Assembly (NCBI GenBank): GCA_918797485.1
Contig: CAKKNE010000001.1
Coordinates: 3,534,001 to 3,598,000, forward strand
Reading direction: 5' to 3'
Source: Pelagomonas calceolata
Taxonomy: Eukaryota
Length of the DNA stretch: 64,000 bases
The notes beneath the pieces are model-generated. The model had not been told where the DNA came from and did not search any database. It saw nothing but the letters and a program-made list of their open reading frames with translations. Below, piece after piece: positions 19,140 to 28,989 of the stretch (its first letter is position 1; every line of letters starts with the position of its first letter). A program made the position numbers and the translations under genes.

Positions 19140-20342
19140 TTACTGTCTCGTTTCGCACTCTATCGCTACTAGCGCGTCGCCGTCCAGAGGGGTGATCGAA
19201 CGTGTGACGAAGCCGGCGTCTCCGAGTAATCCCTCGAAGGCCGCGGTACTTCGCTCCTTCCCCCCGAAACAGACCCACATGTGCGCGTCCGTCGCGCGCG
19301 CGTCGCCGACGACGCGCTCCAAGACGACGAGGCGCGCGTCTGCGGTCATGGATTTCCGGACCGCCTGCAATATTCTAAGCGCGTCGTCGTCGTCCCAGTC
19401 GTGCAAGATCCACTTGAGCACGTAGACGTCGCCGGCGGGCAGTTGCTCGAAAAACGACCCCGCGACGGCCTCCGCGCCGGCGACGTTCGAGAGGTAGGCC
19501 GACGCCCGCGCCGCGACGTCGGACCGGTCCACGCACGTGCCGACGAAGTGCGGGTGGTTCTTGAGTATTTGTGCCAGGAGATGGCCTTCGCCGCCGCCCA
19601 CATCAATCACTCGTGACCGTTGCGGCAGCTCGGACCACGCGAACGCGGCGTCGGACGCCCCAAGCGCCACGAGCGACCTCTCCGCGCCACCTTTCTCAGA
19701 GAGGCCCTTCATAAGACTGTCAAAATGACTCGCATCGCGTTCGTTCCTGGACAGATAGTCCCAGGCGCCCTCGCCGTGCTCGAGGGAAAAGGGCGCCTCG
19801 TTTTGCTGGAGGGCCTCCGAGACGCGCCACCAGGGCCGCACGAGCGCCGGCGAGAGGTTGCTCAGCGCCCGGCTCCGCGCCAAATCATCTGATACAAAAG
19901 CTCGAGATCTCGCGGAATGCCTGAACCGCCACGTCGGCGATTCGTCGCAGAATTTCAGGAGCGCGAGGTGCCGCAGCAAGCGCGCGACGGCGTCGGCCGC
20001 GTCGGCCGCGGGCGCGCGTTCACTGGTTTCCCGCGCCGCGGCGATGAGCTCTGCGGAAGACAGGCCCGGGCAGTCCCGGTCCGGCAGCGCGTCGACGATA
20101 CCACAGTCCATCAAGGCCCAGAGCGCCGCGGCGCCGCGCGTCTTTTGGGTCCAGTCGTTGAGCCATCGGTCGTCCGCGTCGTCGCTCTTCGCGAGGCGGC
20201 CCGCCGCGACGCCCCCGAGCGCCGCCACCGCGGCTGTCGCGCCGGCGGCGACGCCCGGTGGGAGCGTGGCCGCAAGGTCGAGGCCACCGAAGGCGTACGT
20301 GCCGACGAAGCTGCAACAGGCGATGAGTGTTTGACGAGGCAT
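19140..20342 (-). CDS. O-methyltransferase (family 2)
   Basis: VIDVGGGEG, GSFF, DVYVLKWILHDWDD, GGKERS. Confidence 0.9.
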   Translation of the reverse strand: MPRQTLIACCSFVGTYAFGGLDLAATLPPGVAAGATAAVAALGGVAAGRLAKSDDADDRWLNDWTQKTRGAAALWALMDCGIVDALPDRDCPGLSSAELIAAARETSERAPAADAADAVARLLRHLALLKFCDESPTWRFRHSARSRAFVSDDLARSRALSNLSPALVRPWWRVSEALQQNEAPFSLEHGEGAWDYLSRNERDASHFDSLMKGLSEKGGAERSLVALGASDAAFAWSELPQRSRVIDVGGGEGHLLAQILKNHPHFVGTCVDRSDVAARASAYLSNVAGAEAVAGSFFEQLPAGDVYVLKWILHDWDDDDALRILQAVRKSMTADARLVVLERVVGDARATDAHMWVCFGGKERSTAAFEGLLGDAGFVTRSITPLDGDALVAIECETRQ

Positions 20343-20611
20343 GATGTTTGAGACAAAAAAATGGGACTGCGGCTGCCCGCCCGGGGCAGTGCAGCGCACA
20401 CAGATGATTTGAGCTGAGATCGGACAAGTTGCTCGCTAGTGTCTTACTGCACGCTAGCGGTCGCACACAAAACCGGGAGCAAAGCACACCTGTACGCGCG
20501 CCGCGTGCCTTGCTGACGCTCGAGAAGCACTCGCAGCGCCCGCCTCCCCAGCGCTGCGATCACTACTACACCCGGCAGCACTCGCCCTGCGAGCAAAAAT
20601 TACTGTAAAGG

Positions 20612-22474
20612 ATGATGCGCTCGGGAGGACGCCGAGGCAACTTCCGCGGCACCGTCGAGTCGCCGTTCCTGCGGCATCGCTTCACCGACGCGCGCCAGGA
20701 CAACTTGCTACCTTCATTAAGGGAGGCCGCCGCGGCGCTGTGCCGCAACGCCGACCGCGAGACGCTCGTGGAGGTCGTGAAGCTCCTCGAGGGCGCGGAC
20801 CCGCGCAACAAGCTGGCGCGGCGCGCCGCGCTCCAGTTGATGGGCGACGAGCCGCGGACGCCGGCGCCCGCGCCGCTCATGCCGCCGCCGCCGCCGCGGA
20901 ACCAGCAGCTCGCCAATCGCGAGACGCAGGCCCTGGCCTCCATGCCGCCGCCGCCGCCGCCCTCTTCGCAAACTTCGCCGACGCGCTCCTCGCTCACGTC
21001 CTTTCTAGGCGAGGCGGCGTCGAACGCGGCTTCTAGCATAAGCGAGGCCGCGACGTCGTTGTTGCGCACGCCGTCCGTCGAGGCGCGCCAGGTGCGGACG
21101 GCGAGCGAGGACCAACAAAATGATAGGGAGACGCGCGTAAGGCGCCGCGTCGACGAGTTTATTAAGAGAGAGGGCGACTCGCTCAAGCGCAGCGCCTCGA
21201 CGCCGTCGCTGTCGCAGCGCGACATCACCGAAAGTGCGGACTCCTCGCCGAAGTCGCCGCCGCGGCCCGTGCTGTCGGCGTCGTGCGCCATGCTCCAGCA
21301 GCTGAACATCACGGCGTCGCAAGCGCGCGTCAAGCTCGGCCTCGACTTAGGTGGCTCTCTGACAAAACTCGTCATCGCGACGCCGCTCGAGGACACGGAC
21401 ACGCCGACGACGCCGCGGACGAACAAGCCTCATTTAAGAGTCGCGTGCGACGTGAATGGGGTGCGGACCCGGTTGCAATTCGTCTCGGCGGCCACCGATG
21501 AGTTGGAAGAAGTGCTGGCGGCCCTAGGATGCTCCGACAACGAGGACGAGGACGAGGAGCGCCGGTCGTTTAACCGGGCATCTAGAAGGATCGTCGCGGC
21601 CGGCGGCGGCGCCCATAAACTCAGGAGGACCTTCCGGTCAGCTTTAGGTATTGAGTTCAAAGCGTTTCCCGAGATGCAAAGTGTTGTAGACGGTTTATTA
21701 TTACTACATGAATTGAATGTGCCGGACGAGGTCTACACGGCGTCGGGCGGCGAGGCCCACGAGATCGACATCGGGCAGCGGTTCGGCGAGCCGGCTCAGT
21801 GGCCGCAGCCTTTGCTACCTCTGCTATTAGTGAACGTCGGCAGCGGCGTCTCGTGTTTGGTGGTGAACAAGGAGGGCTACACGCGCGTCGGCGGCACGGC
21901 GCTGGGCGGGGCGTCGTTCCTGGGTCTCGCGCGGGCGCTGACCTCTGCCACGACTTATAGGGAAGCCTTAGCATTGGCAGCTAGAGGCGACTCGTCCGAG
22001 GTCGACACGTTGGTCGAGGACATCTACGGGAGCACGGGCTGCGTCGACCTGGGCCTGCCGCCGTCGTTGACGGCGGCGTCGTTCGGCAAGCTCGCGCGGC
22101 AGGGCAACCGGTCGGCGCGCGACGAGGACGTCTGCCGCGCGCTGCTGGAGATGGTGGCGCAGTCGTGCTGCGTGCTGGCGCGGGCGCACGCGGCGCAGTG
22201 GCGGTGCCAGGAGCGCGTCTTCTTCGCGGGCGGTTTTTTGGATGAGAATCCTCTCGCGCGCGCGACGATCGCCAACTCCCTCAAGTCGCTCGGGAGTCCT
22301 GCGCACTTTCTGCGCCACTCTGATTTTTTGGGAGCGCTCGGCGCGACGGCGCACGCGCTCGACCACGACCACTCGATGAAGCTCGAGATGAAGCCAGGGA
22401 TGTGGGCGCCGGGGCACTCACCCCCGCCGCGGCGGCGCCAGTTGTCATCGGCGGCGGACGTCGACGTCCCATAA
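20612..22474 (+). CDS. Type II pantothenate kinase with long N-terminal extension
   Basis: GLDLGGSLTKLV, GGGAHK, LLVNVGSGVS, RVGGTALGG, DIYG, ASFGK, FLGALGA. Confidence 0.9.
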   Translation: MMRSGGRRGNFRGTVESPFLRHRFTDARQDNLLPSLREAAAALCRNADRETLVEVVKLLEGADPRNKLARRAALQLMGDEPRTPAPAPLMPPPPPRNQQLANRETQALASMPPPPPPSSQTSPTRSSLTSFLGEAASNAASSISEAATSLLRTPSVEARQVRTASEDQQNDRETRVRRRVDEFIKREGDSLKRSASTPSLSQRDITESADSSPKSPPRPVLSASCAMLQQLNITASQARVKLGLDLGGSLTKLVIATPLEDTDTPTTPRTNKPHLRVACDVNGVRTRLQFVSAATDELEEVLAALGCSDNEDEDEERRSFNRASRRIVAAGGGAHKLRRTFRSALGIEFKAFPEMQSVVDGLLLLHELNVPDEVYTASGGEAHEIDIGQRFGEPAQWPQPLLPLLLVNVGSGVSCLVVNKEGYTRVGGTALGGASFLGLARALTSATTYREALALAARGDSSEVDTLVEDIYGSTGCVDLGLPPSLTAASFGKLARQGNRSARDEDVCRALLEMVAQSCCVLARAHAAQWRCQERVFFAGGFLDENPLARATIANSLKSLGSPAHFLRHSDFLGALGATAHALDHDHSMKLEMKPGMWAPGHSPPPRRRQLSSAADVDVP

Positions 22475-22580
22475 TGTGTTGTTTTTTAATTTCGTCTACA
22501 ATTGACATCGCCGTCGGAAGTGCCGTCGGCGCGGCCGGGATAAGTTGCTGCGTCGACGGGGAATTTACAATACAACAATC

Positions 22581-23687
22581 CTATTCCTTTTCGGGCGGGG
22601 ACCGCGAGCGCGACCGCTTGTCGCCATGCACGGCCCGGCGGAGCATCTCCGAGCGGCTGCCCTGTTCCCGGTCCAACATGCCCAGGAACGCCTCGACCGC
22701 CTCATCACATTTCGCGGGCGGCAGGGCGCAGAGCTCGCCGAAGAGCGCCGCGTCGCGAGTCACCTCGGAGGGCCGCAGCGCGCCGCGCACGATCCGTGCC
22801 CGCAACGCGCGCTGAGCCGCGGGAGGAAGCTTCCCGAGGTCGCCGCCGAGTTTATCTCGCGACGTGTCTGCTTTCGCCGCAGCGAGCGTCTTCCCGAGGA
22901 GACCAAACTTGCGCCGGCTCGCCGCGCCGACTTCGGCCCTGGGCCGGCGCGCGGGCGCGGGCGCCGGTGCCGGCTCAAACGTGCAGTTCCGCTCTTCGAC
23001 GAGCGTGTTGGGCGGGTCCGAGGGCACGGTCCGCGGCGCCTTGCTCCCGGCGGTCAGGGACTTGAGCCTCTCGCGGCCGACGCCTCCCGTGCCCTGCTTC
23101 GCGGCGGCGGCGATCTGCTTCATGGCCGCACGCGACGCGGGCGACGGCCCGCGCTGGCGCCGCGGCGGCCCGCGCCGCGGGTTGAATGGCTCCGGCGACC
23201 GGCCGCGGCCTCCTCCACCACCGGGCCCGTAGTGGCCCGCGGCAGCGGCGCCAGGACGGCGCCGCGGCGACGGCGCCCGTCCAGACCTAGGGAAGTAGCG
23301 GCCGCCCCCGCGGTCACCGCGCGGCCGCCGCGGCGAGGGCGAGCGGCGGCGGCGCGGCGGCGACCGCCGGCGCCGCGGCGACCGCGACCGCGGGCGGCGG
23401 CCTCTGGACCGCGACCGCGACGAGGACGAACGCGACGAATAGGACGACGACGAGTAGGACCGCCGCCGGCGGCGCTGGCTGCGCGACCGGGACCGGCCGC
23501 GCCGTGGGCGCCGCCTATATGACGACGACGACGACGAGCTCGACGAGGACGAGGATGACGCCATGCGCCTGCGCGTTATGCGAGTCGACGCGGGACGGCG
23601 CCAGGAACGCGTGCCCTCCCGCGCGTCGCGCCTCGGTCCATCGTAGTCTAGATTTGCTTTCTTCATCGTGATCGGACATACGCTCAT
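22581..23687 (-). CDS. Ser/Arg-rich protein with a small C-terminal helical domain; start uncertain
   Basis: RS/SP tracts then a globular-looking segment RARIVRGALRPSEV...LCALPPAKCDEAVEAFLG. Confidence 0.55.
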   Translation of the reverse strand: MSVCPITMKKANLDYDGPRRDAREGTRSWRRPASTRITRRRMASSSSSSSSSSSSSYRRRPRRGRSRSRSQRRRRRSYSSSSYSSRSSSSRSRSRGRRPRSRSPRRRRSPPRRRRSPSPRRPRGDRGGGRYFPRSGRAPSPRRRPGAAAAGHYGPGGGGGRGRSPEPFNPRRGPPRRQRGPSPASRAAMKQIAAAAKQGTGGVGRERLKSLTAGSKAPRTVPSDPPNTLVEERNCTFEPAPAPAPARRPRAEVGAASRRKFGLLGKTLAAAKADTSRDKLGGDLGKLPPAAQRALRARIVRGALRPSEVTRDAALFGELCALPPAKCDEAVEAFLGMLDREQGSRSEMLRRAVHGDKRSRSRSPPEKE

Positions 23688-24536
23688 CGTTCATCGTCAC
23701 CGGCGCGCGTCGGTTGTTTGTGTCAAGGACGCCGGGACGCACGTCAACGCGCTACCCGCGAGACCTGCGGCGGCGGGAGATATGTGTGCCGCGGCGGGCG
23801 TTCGGAGCGACGGCGTTCGATTGTATAGCGCGTGCCGTCAGAAGGATCCATTGGTTAAGAGTGATCGCCATCCCCTCGAGAGGGTCGGAAGATTGACAGA
23901 TTATTCGGTTGTTCCTCACCCGGCACGTGACTGTGATTATTTCGAGGGACGCTGGCGCGTACGCCGTCCGAGGTTCCCCGCGATAGGACCTGCGTGTAGC
24001 GAGGCTTTCCCAGCGTCCGGCGTGGGGAAAAGGCCCGGGCCGCAGTAATACCAAGCGTTGCTCTCGCTCGGGAAGTGATGCCGGGCGCGCCACAAAGTCG
24101 CGCCGGCTGACGTGATACAATCCCAGCTTTTTGATTCGAAGTGTTGCGACGCGGTCTTTGCACCTTACAGCTGCCTTGCTGCCGCTGCGCGTTGCCGGCT
24201 CGCTGCGGCGGCTCTGCTTGCGCTCGCTGCCACTGCTCGCTGCGCCGCTGTACTGCACCCACGGCTGCGCTCGCTGTCGCTGCTTGCGCTGGGGGCTTAA
24301 GGGGGCTCAATCCTGTGCCCCCTGCTGCCTCGGGGGCCGCTAAAAAGCAGCTGCAAAGGGTGCAGGCTGCGAATGCTAGTGTCTTTGTGCCGCTAGCCCC
24401 GCTTGTGCAACTTTGGGCTGTACGGCTTAGCTAGAGCAGCTCTGGGTAGAAATTACGCAGCATATAAGCTCTTGGATAACACTGATCGCCGCGCCAGCGC
24501 TGTGGCATCAGTTAGCCCATCGGTGCGGTAGATAAG

Positions 24537-25415
24537 ATGGTCTCTTCAGCGCTGCTCTTGGCAGCGTACGCGGTCGTCTGCGACGGCTTTCAGCGGGCGC
24601 CAATACGCGATGCGCCAACACGCCATCGCCGCGTGCAGCACTGCGCCGAGCCGAGTGAAAAGGGCTGGTCGCGCGCCGACGCGAAGATCAAGCAGCGGCC
24701 GATCCCGCGGCACCGCCGCCTCGCGAACAAGCAGGCCTCGCGCAAGCAGTCGGAGCGCCTGAAGCCCGGCGAGAAGGGCACGCCCACGAAGCTGCGGGTC
24801 ATCGCGGGCACGGCGCGCGGCCGCAAGCTCGAGTCGCCCGAGACGCTGCTGCGGCCGATGATGGGCAAAGTGAGGGAGGCGCTGTTTAGCACTTTGGTCT
24901 CGCTGGGCGTCTTCCGGGCGCCCAGACAGGTCAGACACATGGACGCGTTCTGCGGGTCCGGCAGCGTCGGCGTCGAAGCCCTGTCGCGCGGCGGCGCCGG
25001 CTGCGTTTTCGTGGACCTGTCGCCGGACGCGTGCGCCGTGGCCGCGCGCAACGCCGAGACGTGCGGCTTCTCAAATAAATACGAGACGTGTCCGCGCGAC
25101 GTGGCCGCGGCGTTGAACGACGAGGCGCTGCGCGGCCCGGGCCTCGACCTCCTCACGCTGACGCCGCCCTACGAGGAGATCGACTACGACGAGTTGATGG
25201 CGTCCGTCGCGTCGTCGCCGCTGCTGAACGCGGACTGCGTGGTGGTGGTCGAGTACCCCGTCGAGCGCGGCAAGCCGCCGTTCCGCATCGGCGAGCTCGT
25301 GGGCGTGCGGAACCGGCGCTACGGCCGCACGGCCCTGGCGTTCTACGCGTTCAAGCCGTCGGGCGCGCTCGAGGCGCTCCGGCCGCGGCCCGAGGAGTTC
25401 GAGGAGTTCTCTTGA
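24537..25415 (+). CDS. RsmD-like rRNA m2G methyltransferase, probably plastid-targeted
   Basis: LRVIAGTARGRKL, RPMMGKVREALF, DAFCGSGSVGVEALSRG, TPPY, RRYG; signal ending CDG-F. Confidence 0.88.
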   Translation: MVSSALLLAAYAVVCDGFQRAPIRDAPTRHRRVQHCAEPSEKGWSRADAKIKQRPIPRHRRLANKQASRKQSERLKPGEKGTPTKLRVIAGTARGRKLESPETLLRPMMGKVREALFSTLVSLGVFRAPRQVRHMDAFCGSGSVGVEALSRGGAGCVFVDLSPDACAVAARNAETCGFSNKYETCPRDVAAALNDEALRGPGLDLLTLTPPYEEIDYDELMASVASSPLLNADCVVVVEYPVERGKPPFRIGELVGVRNRRYGRTALAFYAFKPSGALEALRPRPEEFEEFS

Positions 25416-25475
25416 GTGACTGTAACATACACATATTCTTACCATTCGCATTCTCTCGTCGCGTCGACGGCCTGG

Positions 25476-26714
25476 TTACAGTATCATTCCAGGCTCTTCG
25501 AGCGCGTCGTACATCGACCGCCCGCGGAACATCTTCGCCGCGGGCCGGGGCGGCTGCTTGCCCGCGCCCTTGAGCGCCAGCCGCCGCGCATCGACGTCGA
25601 TCGTCAGGCGCTGCCTATCCAGAAACGACAGCCCCGCGAAGATGACGTGCGGCGGGTTCCTCCAATCAATATCTTGATTGCCTTTCCTTCCTAACCTACC
25701 AAGGGCGTCCTCGTCGAACCACGGCAGTCGCGCCGTCGTCACGACGAGCGGGAATTCCGCGCCGCGCCGGTAGTCCGCTCCTAGTGATACCTCGCCGCCG
25801 CTCTCCGTCTCTAGAAATACATCCACGTGCTTGATGGCCGCGCCCGGCAAAGGTAATTCATCGGTGCCCCCGAAACCGTTGCCCAATAACGAATCGGACA
25901 TGGTCAGGCCTGTTGTTCCGGTGTCTAAGACGCATAAACAAGGCCGTCGCAAGCGCACGGTTTCGCCGTTCACCACCAGCCTAGAAACCCTGGCGGCGTA
26001 GGGCTCCACCGGCGCGCCGTAGGCCCTTAGGTCAATTAAAGGTACGGCGTCCTCCTGTCTCGAAATAGAAGGTCTAGACGTGGAAATGGCGAGGGTGCGC
26101 TGCTCGGGGTCCCGCAAGTCGACGCGGATCGACTCGGCTTGCGCCTGCTCCAAAAACGTGGGCCTTACCACAGGCTGCCGGTGTTTTATCAAACCGAGGT
26201 AGATCCCGCCCTCGCCGCCGCGCCGCGCCAGGGACCGCACCACGCCAAAGACCGCCGGCTCCAAGACCTGCCTTCCGAGTTCCACCCTACCTCTTCGCCA
26301 CTCCACCAACGTCTCCTGCCCTCCAAAAATTTCCAACGAAGCATCATTCAACCCGCCCTGCTTCCTGAAGGGTTGCGGGACGCCACCTTTAGGGTAGCAG
26401 CCCCAGCGCCCGTTCTCTAATTCCCCACAGGTGCCGTCGACGAGCAGGAACGGCGACCCCGTGTCGACAACACCTAGAAAGGCCCTCCCATCGACGGCGT
26501 ACGTCGCCGCGAGGCCGCCTCGTACACTGCTGAGCGGCAGCGCGGCGCCGCTCGTCAGTGCCGCGGCCGCTATCTCGGGTGTGACGAATGGTGCTGCCGC
26601 TACCGCACCGAGGGCTCGTCTGGTTACTTTTGCTGGAGATGTTCCTTGTGCTGGTTTTGCAGCTTGGCTGACGGCCGCTCCAGCAAGGACTGCTGCAAGA
26701 TGCTTCCTACGCAT
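25476..26714 (-). CDS. Pepsin-like aspartic protease family protein
   Basis: Two catalytic motifs VVDTGS and VLDTGT; hydrophobic leader and TRRA segment. Confidence 0.75.
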   Translation of the reverse strand: MRRKHLAAVLAGAAVSQAAKPAQGTSPAKVTRRALGAVAAAPFVTPEIAAAALTSGAALPLSSVRGGLAATYAVDGRAFLGVVDTGSPFLLVDGTCGELENGRWGCYPKGGVPQPFRKQGGLNDASLEIFGGQETLVEWRRGRVELGRQVLEPAVFGVVRSLARRGGEGGIYLGLIKHRQPVVRPTFLEQAQAESIRVDLRDPEQRTLAISTSRPSISRQEDAVPLIDLRAYGAPVEPYAARVSRLVVNGETVRLRRPCLCVLDTGTTGLTMSDSLLGNGFGGTDELPLPGAAIKHVDVFLETESGGEVSLGADYRRGAEFPLVVTTARLPWFDEDALGRLGRKGNQDIDWRNPPHVIFAGLSFLDRQRLTIDVDARRLALKGAGKQPPRPAAKMFRGRSMYDALEEPGMIL

Positions 26715-26942
26715 TGCTGGCGAATGAATTGAAGGTGTTCGAGGCTTGAGAAACTACACAGTCGCGCGCACGCGTCGCGCACGCACAGCGGATCGTGACT
26801 AAATCAGGAAATTCATTAAAATTAACAAACGGGTTTTTGCCGATATCACCATCAGTCCTAGAACCCCAGACGACGATCGCTATTAACAAGCACACACACT
26901 TACGCCGCCGGCAAAGACTCCCCCAGTGACGCCATCGACGCA

Positions 26943-28535
26943 TCACGGTGAAGGAAGTTTCTGACACTGTGACAAAGGCAGAGGCGAATCCAGCTCCTTG
27001 GCGAGCTCCGCCGTCAGCCGCGCGGAGTCGTCGCGGCTCGGCCGTCTCCTACTAAGATCGGGCGGCGACGCCGCGTCGCGCGGTCCTAATCTCGATCGCA
27101 CGGCGTCCTCGACGTCGTCCGCTGACAAGTCGAACTGCCGCGCGAGCTCCTGGAACCCACCAGCGGCGAAGAGAGCACGGGCGACGCCGGCCGCGCGCCG
27201 CTCCGCGAGGTGGTCCGCGACGGCGTCCAGGCAGACATTCAACTCGTTGCGCCCGTCGCGCGGCGCTTGACCAGCAAAGAAATACTGAGAAGATGGCGCC
27301 GGCGCCGCCGCCAAAAAGTCCATCACGAGTAACTCATCCGCCGTCGGCCGTTCAACGGCGTCCTTCGCGAGACACGCCTCCAAACAACTTCTGGCAGGCG
27401 CGGACCAGTCCGCCGGGAGTGATGGAGCGGGCGCCTCGACGACCTCGCCCACGAGCCGCCAGTACTCCGCGTCCTCATTATTCTTCTCTTGACTGCCAAA
27501 CGGCGCGCTGCCCCGCACGACAGCTAATAAAGACACGCCGAGGCCCCACACATCAGCGGCAGTGGTATAAGCGTCGCCCCGGATCCGTTCCGGCGACATG
27601 TACTGGGCCGTCCCCACAAAAGTGCGCGTCGAGGCATCGTCGTCGCACTTCGACGCGATGCCAAAATCCGCGAGTTTCGCAACACCAGATCGATCCAATA
27701 AAATATTCGACGGCTTGACGTCCCGGTGCGCGTAGCCCTTGCCATGCACGTGCTTGAGACCGGTCGCGACCTGCCTCCCGAGACAGGCTATTGCCTTTTC
27801 ATCGGACGTACCTCCCCTTTCGACAAAGTCCTGTACACTTCCACCATCGGCATACTCAACAACTAACCACGCGGCGTCCGACGGCGCGTGCGCGTAGCAA
27901 TCCAAGATTCGTATGACGTGCGTCTCGTCATCGGTCGACGTCGATCGCAGAGCCTTGAGCTCCGCTACTAATTGTCGTCTTTTCTGCTGGTTGTGCACCG
28001 GGATCGCCTTCACAGCAACTAATCGCCTACCAACGAGATCCAGGGCTTTATGCACACGACCACCGCCACCCGCACCTAACGGCCCGAGCAACACGCATCG
28101 GTCCACCACAGACACATCCTCATCGTTAAATCCAGTAGAAGTGATCTTGGTCGTTTCTCGCAACAAGATCGTGCCGGACTCGGTCAATCGATAACTCTCG
28201 TCCAACCGCCCCTTCCGCAGCTTCGGGCGCTCCCACTTCTCATCATCCTTAAAGTCGTGCGTCTCTTCGACGGCGATCCAGTCGTCGTCGTCCTCTAGCA
28301 AAGTGCGGCCGCTCCCACCGAAGCTGATGGCGAGCTTGTGCGGCATATCATTTTCATTTATTTTCGCGGAGCGGCTCCGCTGCATGTAGGACGCGTGCCA
28401 GGACTGCTTCATCGACATCGACCGGTCCAGAGTTGAGGATTGGGCCAGACTATCAAAAGTGCTGAGCGAGTCGGACTGGGACAGCTCGAGGTCGGGCTTG
28501 GGCGTCTCGGCGAGGGTCGTGGCGCCGGCGCCCAT
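26943..28535 (-). CDS. MAP kinase kinase-like Ser/Thr kinase
   Basis: LGAGGGG, VAVK, HRDVKPSN, DFG, TFVGTAQYMSPERI. Confidence 0.92.
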   Translation of the reverse strand: MGAGATTLAETPKPDLELSQSDSLSTFDSLAQSSTLDRSMSMKQSWHASYMQRSRSAKINENDMPHKLAISFGGSGRTLLEDDDDWIAVEETHDFKDDEKWERPKLRKGRLDESYRLTESGTILLRETTKITSTGFNDEDVSVVDRCVLLGPLGAGGGGRVHKALDLVGRRLVAVKAIPVHNQQKRRQLVAELKALRSTSTDDETHVIRILDCYAHAPSDAAWLVVEYADGGSVQDFVERGGTSDEKAIACLGRQVATGLKHVHGKGYAHRDVKPSNILLDRSGVAKLADFGIASKCDDDASTRTFVGTAQYMSPERIRGDAYTTAADVWGLGVSLLAVVRGSAPFGSQEKNNEDAEYWRLVGEVVEAPAPSLPADWSAPARSCLEACLAKDAVERPTADELLVMDFLAAAPAPSSQYFFAGQAPRDGRNELNVCLDAVADHLAERRAAGVARALFAAGGFQELARQFDLSADDVEDAVRSRLGPRDAASPPDLSRRRPSRDDSARLTAELAKELDSPLPLSQCQKLPSP

Positions 28536-28989
28536 CGTTGATTGTGTCTGGGGCTGCCTCCACTCTTGTCTGTGGGCTGCCGGCCCGTCGGGCTACGTTG
28601 CCCGGTCGCGCAGCAGGCGGCGCTGGCACTGAAAACTGCTTCGACCACTCTCTTGCCCAACCCCCGTGTCCAAACGCGCAGATGGGGAGCCCGTTTGTGC
28701 GTGTCGTGAGCTCGCCTGGCGCTGTACCCGCCCGTTCTTGGAACGCGCGCGGCGCGCGACGTCGTCGCGTCGCAGTCCTCTTCGTCGGGGTCCGCCACGA
28801 GTCCTCTTGCGAACGGGGGCTCTCGTGTGCCGGTCGCGGCGACGGCGTCCGAGTATCGGCGACGCGCGGTGTCTCCCACCCAGCCCTGGGCAAGAGCTCC
28901 GCCCACTAGTCCTAGCACTGTTCCAGAAACCCAGCGAAGCGCCATCGACGCGACGCGTCCAAGTAACGAAACTTATGAACAAACACAAC

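Noticed and set aside
23700..24360. Unassigned region with short ORFs and GCTGC/GCTCGC low-complexity runs
   Set aside because: No coding signature, terminal repeats or recognisable RNA structure; left unannotated.
28409..28945. Possible small minus-strand gene starting MALRWVSGTVLGLVGG
   Set aside because: Hydrophobic start is suggestive, but the ATG lies within an introner core motif, the frame overlaps the kinase start, and no family is recognisable.
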